64,000 nucleotides of DNA. It comes from Gemmatimonadota bacterium (GTDB lineage: Bacteria; Gemmatimonadota; Gemmatimonadetes; Gemmatimonadales; GWC2-71-9). The DNA lies in contig JANLPG010000078.1 in the NCBI GenBank assembly GCA_031367105.1, forward strand, positions 10,954 to 74,953, in the 5' to 3' direction. A program made the translations under genes and the position numbers. The notes beneath the pieces are model-generated. The model was not told where the DNA came from, did no database searches, and worked only from the letters and a program-made list of their open reading frames with translations. Below are positions 19,002-28,668 of the stretch, one piece after another. Each line of letters opens with the position of its first letter. Positions within the stretch are counted from its first letter, which is position 1.

Positions 19002-20443
19002 GGCGTGGGCGGCGCCACCACCGGCGGCACGCCGGCGGCCGGAGCCAAACCGGGCAGCTGTGGAGCGGCGGTGCGGCTGCCGGTCGAGTCGTTGGCGTGC
19101 TTCTCCCGCCAGGCGGCGTTTGCGGCGGAGACAATCCCCTCGAGCGCAGGCGTGTTGATTTTTGCCGGATAGCGGAGCCGCAGAATGCCGGCGATGTTCC
19201 CCGGGAGTGGCCGGTAGAAAATCCGTTGCATCAGAATCGCGTCGACATACGCCGATCCTGCCTCACCCTCGGCTCGACCGGTTGCGACGTTTTGCAGCCG
19301 GACCTTGGCACTATCGAGAGACTGCTTGTATTGCGGCGCCAGTGCGGCACGCGCCTCGGCGTTCGGTGGCGGCTGATTCGGCGACGCCAGTGCGAGCAAG
19401 ATCTCTCGTTGCGCCAGCTCACGCAGGAAGCGGATCGCCGCCGAATCGGACGTGGTGGAGAGCATCGCCCGTTCGTTGGGGGCGAGCATTGTTACCCAAC
19501 TGCGGACCTTGGCGGCGCCCAGCTCCCCGCCTCGCCAGGTGGCCAGCGGACCGCCCTCGACGGCGGGAATCGGTTCGGGCGCCATCGCTCGCACGCGGAC
19601 GACAGCGTCGGCGGACAGCGCCAGCTCCAGCCCCTTCGTCAACGAATCGATGAAGTGCTGCTCGGCGCGCAACGCGACTTGCGGTGCGAGCCATTGCTTG
19701 AGCAGCTCTCGGGATTCAGGCTTGGTCGCGCGACGGAACATATGGGCCCCAACCGAACTACCGACCACGCCCGATACCTCGCCGGGACGGAGGGCCCAAA
19801 CCGCTTCGGCAATCCCTTTGGGCACCTCGGCGCGGGTCATCGCCGGCAGGAAGCCCTTGTGGGCCAGCACCGCCGAGTCCTTGGAAGTCTCTCTCACGAG
19901 CGCCGTGAAGTCGGCCCCCGGTGCCTGCGCCCGTATCGCCAGCGCCCTTATCTGGGCGACGATCGGCTTCGACGCGTTGCTGTCCCTCCCAGCTGGGAGG
20001 GCGATAAAGAGCTGCTGGAATACCCGGACACGGTCCAGGTTGGCGAGTGAATCGGCCTGGGCGTCGGTGATACCCGGGCGGGCCTTCGCGCGCTTCTCCC
20101 AGAAACTGAGCAGCATCCCCCGGGCCGCATCCGGGGCGATTGCGAGATCGACTGTCAGGGAATCGTCGAGCGCCGGTCCCTTGCGGATCGCCTCGTCGAG
20201 CAGACTTTCATCCAGCCAGGTGCTCACCAGCAGTGCGGCCGACAGCATCGTCGGGGGCGTGGGCGATTGCGCGAGCCATCCGGCGAGGGTCGCGCCGAGC
20301 AGCTTGGCACTGCCGACCTCGACCACCACCGCCGCCTTGGCCTTCTCCGGCGACAGCTTGCCCCCACTGCAGGCGGCCAGGATGAGTGGAAGCGCGACCA
20401 GGCTAACGGTGGATCCGCGGAACGAGCGTCGGGAGGATGGCAT
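18998..20443 (-). CDS. parvulin-type peptidyl-prolyl isomerase / SurA-like lipoprotein chaperone
   Basis: ORF track 18998..20491. ATG at 20443 gives MPSSRRSF...LPLILAACSG (lipobox). PpiC-like block FTALVRETSKDS...KGFLP...VWALRPGEVSGVVGSSVGAHMFRR. Confidence 0.65.
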   Translation of the reverse strand: MPSSRRSFRGSTVSLVALPLILAACSGGKLSPEKAKAAVVVEVGSAKLLGATLAGWLAQSPTPPTMLSAALLVSTWLDESLLDEAIRKGPALDDSLTVDLAIAPDAARGMLLSFWEKRAKARPGITDAQADSLANLDRVRVFQQLFIALPAGRDSNASKPIVAQIRALAIRAQAPGADFTALVRETSKDSAVLAHKGFLPAMTRAEVPKGIAEAVWALRPGEVSGVVGSSVGAHMFRRATKPESRELLKQWLAPQVALRAEQHFIDSLTKGLELALSADAVVRVRAMAPEPIPAVEGGPLATWRGGELGAAKVRSWVTMLAPNERAMLSTTSDSAAIRFLRELAQREILLALASPNQPPPNAEARAALAPQYKQSLDSAKVRLQNVATGRAEGEAGSAYVDAILMQRIFYRPLPGNIAGILRLRYPAKINTPALEGIVSAANAAWREKHANDSTGSRTAAPQLPGLAPAAGVPPVVAPPTP

Positions 20444-20491
20444 GGAAGTCGGGGTCGGGGTGGGTGTGCCCGTCGTAGGGCGCACGGTCAA

Positions 20492-20564
20492 TGGAGCGGA
20501 GGGGGTTCGAACCCCTGACCCCCGCGTTGCAAACGCGGTGCTCTCCCAGCTGAGCTACCGCCCC
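20492..20564 (-). tRNA. tRNA-Ala (anticodon UGC)
   Basis: Reverse complement reads GGGGCGGTAGCTCAGCTGGGAGAGCACCGCGTTTGCAACGCGGGGGTCAGGGGTTCGAACCCCCTCCGCTCCA. It has a G3:U70 pair, anticodon loop TTTGCAA and T-loop GGTTCGAA. CCA is not encoded. Ends may be off by 1-2 nt. Confidence 0.9.
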
Positions 20565-20664
20565 AAGGCTCGAAATGTAATACGCGCCCCTGCCTGGACG
20601 CACGAAGGAGGCAGCCGGAGCTGCCCCCATCGGTGCTACAGCGGGAGAACAGGATCGCGGCGCG

Positions 20665-22392
20665 CTACTGACCGCCCGGACGACCGGCCCCCCGCGCGGG
20701 GGTCGCCGTCGGCGGCGTCTTCCGCGGAAGCCGTTCGTCCCGCTGCGCTGCCTGCCACGCGAAGGCTGCCAGAACCGCCGAATTGAACTTCATATCGTCG
20801 GGCTGAATGCGCTCGTAGACGTCCTGATTGGTATGGTGCGTGCGGCTCCCGTAGTCGAGCGGATCCTGGATGAACTGAAAACCCGGAAGGCCGACCGCGT
20901 CGAAGGAGAGGTGATCGGTGCCGCCGGTGTTCCCGATCGTGAGCGTCTTCATCCCTGCACTGCTGAACGGTGCCATCCAGGCGGTGAAGATCGGAGCGAC
21001 TTCGGAGTTGCCCTGCTGGTACACGCCGCGAATCTTGCCGCTGCCGTTGTCGACGTTGAAATACGCCGCGAACCTGACCTGCTCGGTAGTGGGGTGGAAA
21101 CCGGCCGAGTCAGCGAAGCCGAAGTGTTGCCGGACATAGGCCCGCGAACCCATCAGCCCTTGCTCCTCGCCAGTCCAGAGCCCGATCCGAATGGTTCGCC
21201 GTGGCTGCACGGCCAGCGTCCTGAGGATGCGCATTGCCTCCATCATCGTCGCCGAGCCGGCGCCGTTATCGGTCGCACCGGTGCCGGCGTGCCACGAGTC
21301 GAAGTGGCCACCAATCATCACCACCTCGTCCTTGAGCGCCGGGTCGGTACCGGGGATCTCGGCGATCACATTGAACGAGCTGGAGTCGGCAGGGTAGAAA
21401 TGGTTCCGCATTTCCAGCTGCAGCATCAACGGGACGCCCCGCTGCACCATCCGGTACATCCGCCCGTACGACTCCGTTGCGACGTGGACGAACGGCACTT
21501 GTGCGGCGCCCTTGACGCGCGACGCGCCATTGTCGGTCGCAATGTCACCACCGACATACCCACGCCCGGTCCCACCGATCAGGATCGCGCTGACACCCTG
21601 CTTCTCAAGCCAGCGCAGCGCCGTCGAATCCGAGTTGATGCTGAAGCGACCGAACCCGCCACGGCCTGCCGGTGCACCCGCGCCTGGCGGCGGCGCAACC
21701 GCTGCGCGCGCAGCCGCTTCGGCTTGACACGCTGCCGACGTCACGGGAGCAGGCAGCGGCGTGAAATTCCCGCGTCCCCCGCCCGGCGCACCTGGTTGTG
21801 GGGGCTGTGACATCAACGCCAGAGACGAGTCGCTGAGCCGGGTCGCCCACGGGGCGAATTCCCGTACCGGATTGGTGTCGGCGCGGGTTGCCATCACGAA
21901 GGCGTGCTTCAGTTTGCCGGCATACTTCTGTTGCAGTTCAGTGACGCAGGCGGCTTCGACGATCATCGCCGCGCCGATCGCCCTCCCCTTCGTGCTGGCA
22001 GACCACGCCCGAGGCACCGCCTGGATGATGAACGGATTGGGCGAGACTGCCTGGAACGAAAACCGCTCGCTCGCCCACCCCAGTCCGGCAGGTGTCGACC
22101 AGGGCTCGAGGTGCACGTTGGCAAGCCCCCACCCCTTCATCGTGGTGGCGGCCCAGTTGCCCGCCTTGGTGAGGTTTGGAGACCAGGTGAGCCGCGGACC
22201 GTAGACATCCGTCAGCCAGCTCATGATATCCATCACCTGCGACCGGTCCATCGCTTCGGACTTGATCTTCTCGAACGTCGCCGCGTCGACCTTCTCTTGC
22301 GCGCGCAGCGGGGCCGCGACTGCGGCGATCGAGGTCAGAACGAACAGGGCGCCGATCGTAGCAGTAGTACGACGCACCAGCGGGAGTGTCAT
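20665..22392 (-). CDS. M28 family metallo-aminopeptidase (secreted, PA-domain type)
   Basis: Signal peptide ...AAPLRAQE. Zinc-ligand block GGHFDSWHAGTGATDNGAGSA and WTGEEQGLMGS. Confidence 0.85.
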   Translation of the reverse strand: MTLPLVRRTTATIGALFVLTSIAAVAAPLRAQEKVDAATFEKIKSEAMDRSQVMDIMSWLTDVYGPRLTWSPNLTKAGNWAATTMKGWGLANVHLEPWSTPAGLGWASERFSFQAVSPNPFIIQAVPRAWSASTKGRAIGAAMIVEAACVTELQQKYAGKLKHAFVMATRADTNPVREFAPWATRLSDSSLALMSQPPQPGAPGGGRGNFTPLPAPVTSAACQAEAAARAAVAPPPGAGAPAGRGGFGRFSINSDSTALRWLEKQGVSAILIGGTGRGYVGGDIATDNGASRVKGAAQVPFVHVATESYGRMYRMVQRGVPLMLQLEMRNHFYPADSSSFNVIAEIPGTDPALKDEVVMIGGHFDSWHAGTGATDNGAGSATMMEAMRILRTLAVQPRRTIRIGLWTGEEQGLMGSRAYVRQHFGFADSAGFHPTTEQVRFAAYFNVDNGSGKIRGVYQQGNSEVAPIFTAWMAPFSSAGMKTLTIGNTGGTDHLSFDAVGLPGFQFIQDPLDYGSRTHHTNQDVYERIQPDDMKFNSAVLAAFAWQAAQRDERLPRKTPPTATPARGAGRPGGQ

Positions 22393-22478
22393 GACAGGAC
22401 TCCGGAGATGGGAAGGGGGCCAACCGGAATGGTACGCACAATCCCGGATGCGGGTTGACCCCGTTCACTCCCCAGGGT

Positions 22479-23054
22479 TCAGAGGGAAACACCTGCAAGC
22501 AGGAGGAAGGTGCGGGTCCGGGTCTCGACCCCTGCCTTCACATCGTGGATGTCCTTGAGGCCCCAGGTGTACCGACCTTCGAGCGTGAGCCCCTTGTTCC
22601 CGCCCAGCCGGATGCCGCCGCCGAGGGCGGCACCGAAGTCGGTGCTCTTGACCAGCCCGCTCGGGCAGGTGACTTCGGCCACCTTGCAGTTGAGTCGGAA
22701 GCCGATCGAAGGACCGGCGTACACAAACGGCTGCACCGCGGGGATCGGGATGGTGACCTTGATCAGGACCGGAACTTCGGCGTAATCGAGCCTGGGCGCG
22801 TCGGAGGTTGGAGTACCGTCGCCCGTGACGCCCTTCTGGACGTACAGCAACTCGGGCTGGAGCCCGATCGGCCCGGCGCGCATATCGAACGCGATACCGG
22901 CCGCAAAGCCGGTGCGGCTCTTCCAGTCAGGCTGCTTGTTGGAAAGGGTGGCGAAGGAGAGGCCCCCCTTGAGCCCGATTGAAGTCTGGGCTGATGCTGA
23001 GCGGAGCGGGGCAAGGAGGCCCAGGACCAGCAGGGTGCGAAGCAAGTACCGCAT
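22479..23054 (-). CDS. small outer-membrane beta-barrel protein (OmpA-N/PorT-like)
   Basis: ORF track 22479..23228. ATG at 23054 gives MRYLLRTLLVLGLLAPLRSASAQ. Alternating amphipathic strands; C-terminal ...FLLLAGVSL. Confidence 0.65.
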   Translation of the reverse strand: MRYLLRTLLVLGLLAPLRSASAQTSIGLKGGLSFATLSNKQPDWKSRTGFAAGIAFDMRAGPIGLQPELLYVQKGVTGDGTPTSDAPRLDYAEVPVLIKVTIPIPAVQPFVYAGPSIGFRLNCKVAEVTCPSGLVKSTDFGAALGGGIRLGGNKGLTLEGRYTWGLKDIHDVKAGVETRTRTFLLLAGVSL

Positions 23055-23161
23055 CGGTGGCTCCCGAAGTAAGTGTGAACCCTCGCCCCTGAGACGTCCG
23101 GGCGCTTCCGCGCCTGCACTACCTCTGGCCCGTGGCCCGTTGCGAGTCCATCTTCTCCAGT

Positions 23162-24031
23162 ATGATTTACTCTCGTGCCGTCCTGCTTGCCCTGCTCGCG
23201 ACCAGCGGCTGGACCTCGCCCGGTGCACCAGCCGCCCCTGCGACGCAGCCGTTCTTCTTCATCGTCGCGGCCGATCCTCAGTTCGGGATGTTCGCGAAGG
23301 ATTCGAACTTCGTCCAGGAGACGGCCAACTTCGAGTTGGTGATCGCGACCGTGAATCGGCTTCGCCCGGCGTTTCTGGTGATCGCCGGTGACCTGATCAA
23401 CAAGCCGGGTGATCCGGCGCAGACGGCCGAATTCTGGCGGATTGCGAAACGGCTCAATCCCGCGATCCCGCTCTACAATGTTGCCGGCAATCACGACGTC
23501 GGTAACACGCCGACGCCGGCCAGCATCGCGACCTACACAGCGGCGTTTGGCGCCGACCACTACAGCTTCCGCGCCGGTGACGTGACCGGGATCGTGCTCA
23601 ACTCCAGCGTGATCGATTCGTCCGCGACCACACCGGAAGCATTCACGGCGCAGGAACAATGGCTCGGTGCCGAGTTGGCCAAGGCCAGGGCCACGCACGT
23701 GCGACACCTGCTGATCTTCCAGCATCATCCCTGGTTCCTCAGCAAGGCCGATGAGCCGGATCAGTACTTCAACATCCCGCTGCTCCACCGCGCCCGCTAC
23801 CTGACGCTCTTTCATCGATTCGGGGTCGAGGCGCTGTTTTCCGGCCACTACCACCAGAACGCGATCGCGCAAGATGGCGATCTCGCGATGGTAACGACCG
23901 GGCCCGTCGGGATGCCGTTTGGCGGCACGCACAGCGGGATTCGCATTGTCACGGTGACCGATAGCGGACTGACGCACCGGTACTATGATCTGGGCGAGTT
24001 GCCCCACCGCGTGGCGCTGCCACCGAAGTAA
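23162..24031 (+). CDS. calcineurin-like metallophosphoesterase (secreted)
   Basis: ORF track 23132..24031, ATG at 23162. Motifs IVAADPQFG, AGDLIN, AGNHDVGN, FQHHP, SGHYH. Confidence 0.8.
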   Translation: MIYSRAVLLALLATSGWTSPGAPAAPATQPFFFIVAADPQFGMFAKDSNFVQETANFELVIATVNRLRPAFLVIAGDLINKPGDPAQTAEFWRIAKRLNPAIPLYNVAGNHDVGNTPTPASIATYTAAFGADHYSFRAGDVTGIVLNSSVIDSSATTPEAFTAQEQWLGAELAKARATHVRHLLIFQHHPWFLSKADEPDQYFNIPLLHRARYLTLFHRFGVEALFSGHYHQNAIAQDGDLAMVTTGPVGMPFGGTHSGIRIVTVTDSGLTHRYYDLGELPHRVALPPK

Positions 24032-24076
24032 CCGAGGTGATCAGCTCCACGCGGAGAAGTTTTCCGCGGCCGTCGG

Positions 24077-26851
24077 TCAGGGCTTCGGCGCCTCGGTCGG
24101 CGGCTTCCGGTTGAAGTCACCCGCCTTGACGACCGCCAGCGAGTTCGGGTCCAGGTACTTCGTCACCACCGCCTGCAACTGCGCGGAGGTGAGTGCATTG
24201 ACCTTTGCCTCAAGCTCGGTATCCTGGGCGAAGCGGCGTCCGAGATAGAGGTTGTTGGCGAGCCGCCCGGCCAGCGACCGGTCATTCGCACGCCCCAGCT
24301 TCGAACTCTGGGTCCACCCTTCCTTTGCCTTGGCGATCTCCTCGGGGGTGAAACCGTCCTTCGCAGCGCGTTCGAGTTCCTCCCGGAACGCCTTCTCCAG
24401 TTTTTCGCGATTCTCCGGCGCATAAATGGCGAAACTCATCCACTGTCCCACCGTGTCAGTCGGCGAGGCATTGAAGAAGGAGCCGACGCCGTAGGAGAGC
24501 CCCTCCTTCTGTCGGATCCGCGTCGCGAGGCGCGAATTCAGGAACCCGCCGCCGAGCATGTAGTCTGCCAGCACCATCGCGGGGTAGTCCGGCGAGTCGT
24601 CACGGAGCGGGATCACCTTTCCCGCCACGAACACCGCATTGGCCTTGTCGGGAGTCTCCAGCTTGACGTCGAGCGGCTTCGAGGTGCGAGTGGGCGACGG
24701 AATCCGCGCGAACGCCACCGGGCTCTTCCAGCCGTCGAGGCCGGCTGCCAGGATCGCCCGGACCGAGTCGGGGTCGAAGTCGCCAACCACGCCGATCTCA
24801 CCCACCGAGGCACCGTAGAAGCCGCGGTAGAATGCCTTCGCCTCGTCGAGCGTGGCCGCCTTCAGGTCGGCCAGCTGTTCATCCAGCGTTCCCACATGGT
24901 TCGGATGGCCGGCGGGGAGGGGTGAGAGATGCCGCTGAAGCGTCAGGAACGCCTGCATCTGCGGCTCGGAACGCTGCGATTCCAGAGCGGTGATGTTTTC
25001 CTGCTTGAGCAGCTCCCATTCCTTGGCATCAAAGCGTGGCGAACGCAGCATCTCGATGGCGAGCCGCAGCGCGTCGGCGAGGTTCGCGCGCTTGGAAGTG
25101 ATCGACGCTGTGGCCGAAGCCGGCCCACCGCTTACGAAAACCTGCGCCTTGCTCCGATTCAGTTCATCAGTGATTTCCTGGCGGGTCCGCTTCTCGGTCC
25201 CGCGCATCAGCATCTGACCAGCGAGACTGGGCACGGCGCCCTTGTTCATCAGTGCCGACTCCGACCCGAATCGCAGCGTCACGGTGGCGGAGACGGTCGC
25301 ACCGCGAGTCTGTTTCGGGAGCAGCGCGAGCTGGAGTCCGCCCGGGAGCCGGGCCATCCTGGTGCGGGCATCAATGTTGGCAGGGGACGCATCAAACGCC
25401 TCGCCTGCCGCCAGCGTCGTATCGCCCTTGTAGTCCTTCACCAGCGCGATCACGTCCGGCGTCGGTGGCATCTCGGAGCGGTCCGGAGTCGCGTCGGGGA
25501 TGAACAGCCCCACCGTCCGATTCGACACCTTCAGGTAGGCCCGCGCCACTCGCATCACGTCGGCATCGGTCACCTTCCGGATGCGATCACGATTGAGGTA
25601 AAGCATTCGCCAGTCACCCATCGAGGCCCACTCCGACAGCGCGAGGCCCACCGAGGCGGAGTTGGTCAGCTGCAGCTCGATCCCGCGCAGGAGCGTCGCC
25701 TTGCCACGTTCCACCTCTTCGCTGGTGGCGCTGGCCTGCGTCAGCAGCGAATCCACCGCCCGCAGCACGGCGTCCCGTGCCGCAGCGACATCATCTTCCT
25801 TCCGGACCTCAGCCTGCGCGATGAGGACGCCGGGCTCTTTCAGCTGAAAGTCGAACGCGACGGCCCTTGAGGCCTTCTTCGTCTCGACCACGGCCTTGTA
25901 GAGCCGACCCGTCGACTCGGCACCGAGGACGTCCGCCAGAACCTGCACCGCCGCGAAGTCGGGATGCGACCCGGCAGGGACGTGCCACGCAACCGCCACC
26001 GACTGGACGTCGCCGACCCGACGCAGCGTCACGGTCCGCTCGCCATCCTGCGTCGGATCGAGGGTATAGGTCGGCCAGATCTTGAGATCGCCTTCGCGCC
26101 GGGGCCGCGGGAGCTTGCCGAAGGTTTGGTGAATCAGGCGCAGCGCAGTGGCGGGCTCGAACTTCCCCGCGACCACCAGCACGGCGTTGTCGGGCTGGTA
26201 GTACTTCCGGTAGAAGGCCTGCAGTCGCTCGATCGGCACGTGCTCGAGGTCGGCGCGCGAGCCGATCGTGCTGTTCCCGTAGTTGTGCCAGAGGAACGCC
26301 GTCGACATCACGCGCTCGAGCAGGACGCTTACGGGATCGTTCTCACCCGACTCGAACTCGTTGCGAACCACCGTCATTTCGCTCTCCAGATCCTTCTTGG
26401 CCACGAAGGAATGGACGAGGCGATCTGCCTCGAGGTCGAGCGCCCAGCCGAGGTTCGCATCCGACGCCGGAAAGGTCTCGAAGTAGTTGGTGCGGTCGAA
26501 CCAGGTGCTGCCATTCGGCGAGGCGCCGCGCTCGGAGAGTTCCTGGGGGATGTTCCGGTGCGCCGGCGTGCCCTTGAAGACCATATGCTCGAGCAAGTGG
26601 GCCATTCCCGTCTCGCCGTACCCCTCGTGCCGGGAACCGACCAGCACGGTGAGGTTCACCGTCGCCGTGGGCTTGGATGCGTCCGGGAAGAGCAGCACCC
26701 GAAGACCGTTGGACATCGTATACTCGGTGATGCCTTCGACTGTTGCGCCCTTCACTGGCGAGGCCACGGTCGGCGACTTCGGCACGGGGCGCTGCCCGAT
26801 GGCAGGGAATGCCACCAGTGCCAGCAGCAGGCCTGCGAGTGCGGGGCGCAT
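24077..26851 (-). CDS. M16 (pitrilysin/insulinase) family zinc peptidase, double-module 924 aa
   Basis: Signal peptide and inverted zinc motif HLLEHMVFKGT. The length fits a fused M16 active plus inactive pair. Confidence 0.9.
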   Translation of the reverse strand: MRPALAGLLLALVAFPAIGQRPVPKSPTVASPVKGATVEGITEYTMSNGLRVLLFPDASKPTATVNLTVLVGSRHEGYGETGMAHLLEHMVFKGTPAHRNIPQELSERGASPNGSTWFDRTNYFETFPASDANLGWALDLEADRLVHSFVAKKDLESEMTVVRNEFESGENDPVSVLLERVMSTAFLWHNYGNSTIGSRADLEHVPIERLQAFYRKYYQPDNAVLVVAGKFEPATALRLIHQTFGKLPRPRREGDLKIWPTYTLDPTQDGERTVTLRRVGDVQSVAVAWHVPAGSHPDFAAVQVLADVLGAESTGRLYKAVVETKKASRAVAFDFQLKEPGVLIAQAEVRKEDDVAAARDAVLRAVDSLLTQASATSEEVERGKATLLRGIELQLTNSASVGLALSEWASMGDWRMLYLNRDRIRKVTDADVMRVARAYLKVSNRTVGLFIPDATPDRSEMPPTPDVIALVKDYKGDTTLAAGEAFDASPANIDARTRMARLPGGLQLALLPKQTRGATVSATVTLRFGSESALMNKGAVPSLAGQMLMRGTEKRTRQEITDELNRSKAQVFVSGGPASATASITSKRANLADALRLAIEMLRSPRFDAKEWELLKQENITALESQRSEPQMQAFLTLQRHLSPLPAGHPNHVGTLDEQLADLKAATLDEAKAFYRGFYGASVGEIGVVGDFDPDSVRAILAAGLDGWKSPVAFARIPSPTRTSKPLDVKLETPDKANAVFVAGKVIPLRDDSPDYPAMVLADYMLGGGFLNSRLATRIRQKEGLSYGVGSFFNASPTDTVGQWMSFAIYAPENREKLEKAFREELERAAKDGFTPEEIAKAKEGWTQSSKLGRANDRSLAGRLANNLYLGRRFAQDTELEAKVNALTSAQLQAVVTKYLDPNSLAVVKAGDFNRKPPTEAPKP

Positions 26852-26894
26852 CAGGAGTTGCTCCTTCGAGTTGAAGTCACCAGCCAGCTGACGT

Positions 26895-28265
26895 TCATTG
26901 CATTCGTTCCATCAGGCGATCGGCCGCGCGACAGCCGCCGCGCATCACATCCGCGAGGGCGAGGCCATCGTGCCACGCCCCGGCAAATGCCAGTCCACCG
27001 TGCGATCCCTCGATGGACGCCACGCCGTCCAGCAGCATGGTGTGCCTGGCAACTGCCTGCGGCTGGCTGTTGCGCCAGACCGTCACGGCGCTGAAGCACG
27101 GCGCGCCGCGCACACCAAGCAGCGATTCGAGTTCCTCGCGCACCAGCGCCACCAGTTCCATTTCACCGAGGGCCGCAAGCTCCGGTCGACGGATTCCGCC
27201 AACCAGCGAGGTCAGCAGTACGTGACCATCAGGAGCCCGCTGTGGGAAGAGCGACGACGCGAAGAGTGTTCCGAGAATCTGCCTCTGCTCGCAGAATGGC
27301 GCGAGTACTCCATAGCCGTCGAGCGGGTGCGCGACGTCCCCTCGCTGGAATCCGAGCGACACCGAGACCAGGGAGGCGTGGGGGATGCTGGCTACTGCGC
27401 TCAGCGCGTGCGAATTGGTCACCCTGATCGATAGTTTCTCGAACGCACGGGCCGGCACCGCACAGAGCACACCATCGAATCGCTCGCGCTGCCCGAGGTG
27501 GTCCACCACGTCGAATCCGGCCCCGGCCGGAGTGACGGCGGTAATGCAGATGCCGCAGCGGATCCGAGGGCCGAGGAGCGCGGCGAGGTGGGTGACCACC
27601 TCCTGCAACCCCTTCGGACACGACCAGATCCCCGGTGAAGCCTCGCCCGCCTTCCCCGCACGGCGCCGGGCCTCCATTCCCGACCGCATCGCGCCCTTGA
27701 GCAATGAGCCGCCGAGCTGTTCCCATTCCAGGAGTCGCGGCAAGGCGTAGCGGACCAGGAGTTGCGCGGGGTCGCCCGCGCTGGCACCCCCAATCAGCGG
27801 ATCGAACACGCGTTCGGCCATCTCGTCGCCGAGCCGACGCCGGACGAAGCTGTCAACCGACTCCTCCGCGTCGCCCGGCCCGGCCTTGATGAATGGTTCC
27901 TTCAGCAATCGCATTCGCCCGGCGGCACTCAGGACCGGCCACGAGACGAGCTCGCCGGCGGAGCGCGGCACCGCCACAAGTCGGCCCTGATGCACGAGAA
28001 ATCTCCGGGCGTTCTTCCGCTCGGCGCGCAATGTCCGGGGGGCCAGCCCCGCGGAGTCGAGCAGCGCTCGTACGATCGGGTCGGGTTCGGAAAGTGTGTT
28101 GGGACCGGCCTCGGCAATCCAGCCGTCGCGGCGGATCGTCCGGATGACTCCACCAGGTGTCGCTTCCGCTTCGAGCAGCTGCGGATCGGCACCCAGGGCC
28201 TGCAGGCGTGCCGCGGCCAGCAGGCCGGCGGCGCCGCCGCCAATCACCGCAATCCGCGGCGTCAT
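26895..28265 (-). CDS. hemY: protoporphyrinogen/coproporphyrinogen oxidase (HemY-type, FAD)
   Basis: N-terminal IAVIGGGAAGLLAA dinucleotide fold; GGVIRT...GPNTL block; 456 aa. Confidence 0.8.
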   Translation of the reverse strand: MTPRIAVIGGGAAGLLAAARLQALGADPQLLEAEATPGGVIRTIRRDGWIAEAGPNTLSEPDPIVRALLDSAGLAPRTLRAERKNARRFLVHQGRLVAVPRSAGELVSWPVLSAAGRMRLLKEPFIKAGPGDAEESVDSFVRRRLGDEMAERVFDPLIGGASAGDPAQLLVRYALPRLLEWEQLGGSLLKGAMRSGMEARRRAGKAGEASPGIWSCPKGLQEVVTHLAALLGPRIRCGICITAVTPAGAGFDVVDHLGQRERFDGVLCAVPARAFEKLSIRVTNSHALSAVASIPHASLVSVSLGFQRGDVAHPLDGYGVLAPFCEQRQILGTLFASSLFPQRAPDGHVLLTSLVGGIRRPELAALGEMELVALVREELESLLGVRGAPCFSAVTVWRNSQPQAVARHTMLLDGVASIEGSHGGLAFAGAWHDGLALADVMRGGCRAADRLMERMQ

Positions 28266-28287
28266 CGTTGCAGCTCGGTCGATCCGG

Positions 28288-28668
28288 TCACGGCGCCGGA
28301 GTGATGGTCACCTGATAGGCGGCTGCGTCGAGCAGCGAGAAGGACGTCCGATCGGCGACCTGCTCCAAGGTCGCGACATACGCGCTTGCCCGTGAAATAT
28401 CGGGGATATCAACCAGGGCCACGACACCCTCCGTGAGGTCCCCGACCAGCAACAGATGTGTTCCTGCGCCGTCGGAGTTCCGAGCGAGTTCGAGACTCCC
28501 TGCCGGCCGCACGGCGAGGACGGGACCGCCGCTGACGACCACGACCAGGGCGCCGTCGTTGGCGTTGGGCGTATGCAACCGCAAGGTCAGTGTGCCGGGA
28601 ACCGGCAAGCTCGCTGCGTCACCACCGCAGGCCGCCACGATGAGCAGCAGCCACCAGAGTCGCCTCAT
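28288..28668 (-). CDS. small lipoprotein, hypothetical; translationally coupled to the M6 protease
   Basis: ORF track 28288..28959. ATG at 28668 overlaps the protease stop (ATGA). Begins MRRLWWLLLIVAACGG (lipobox). Confidence 0.6.
   Translation of the reverse strand: MRRLWWLLLIVAACGGDAASLPVPGTLTLRLHTPNANDGALVVVVSGGPVLAVRPAGSLELARNSDGAGTHLLLVGDLTEGVVALVDIPDISRASAYVATLEQVADRTSFSLLDAAAYQVTITPAP

Noticed and set aside
20444-20664. tRNA-Ala as a possible genomic-island integration site.
   Set aside because: There is no integrase, no direct repeat of the tRNA 3' end, and no compositional break on either side that I can see. Flanking genes are ordinary housekeeping or exported enzymes.
24040-24076. 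Short hairpin CCGCGGA...TCCGCGG between the convergent metallophosphoesterase and M16 genes, as a possible terminator.
   Set aside because: The stem is only about 7 bp with no U-tract. It is too weak to list as a feature.
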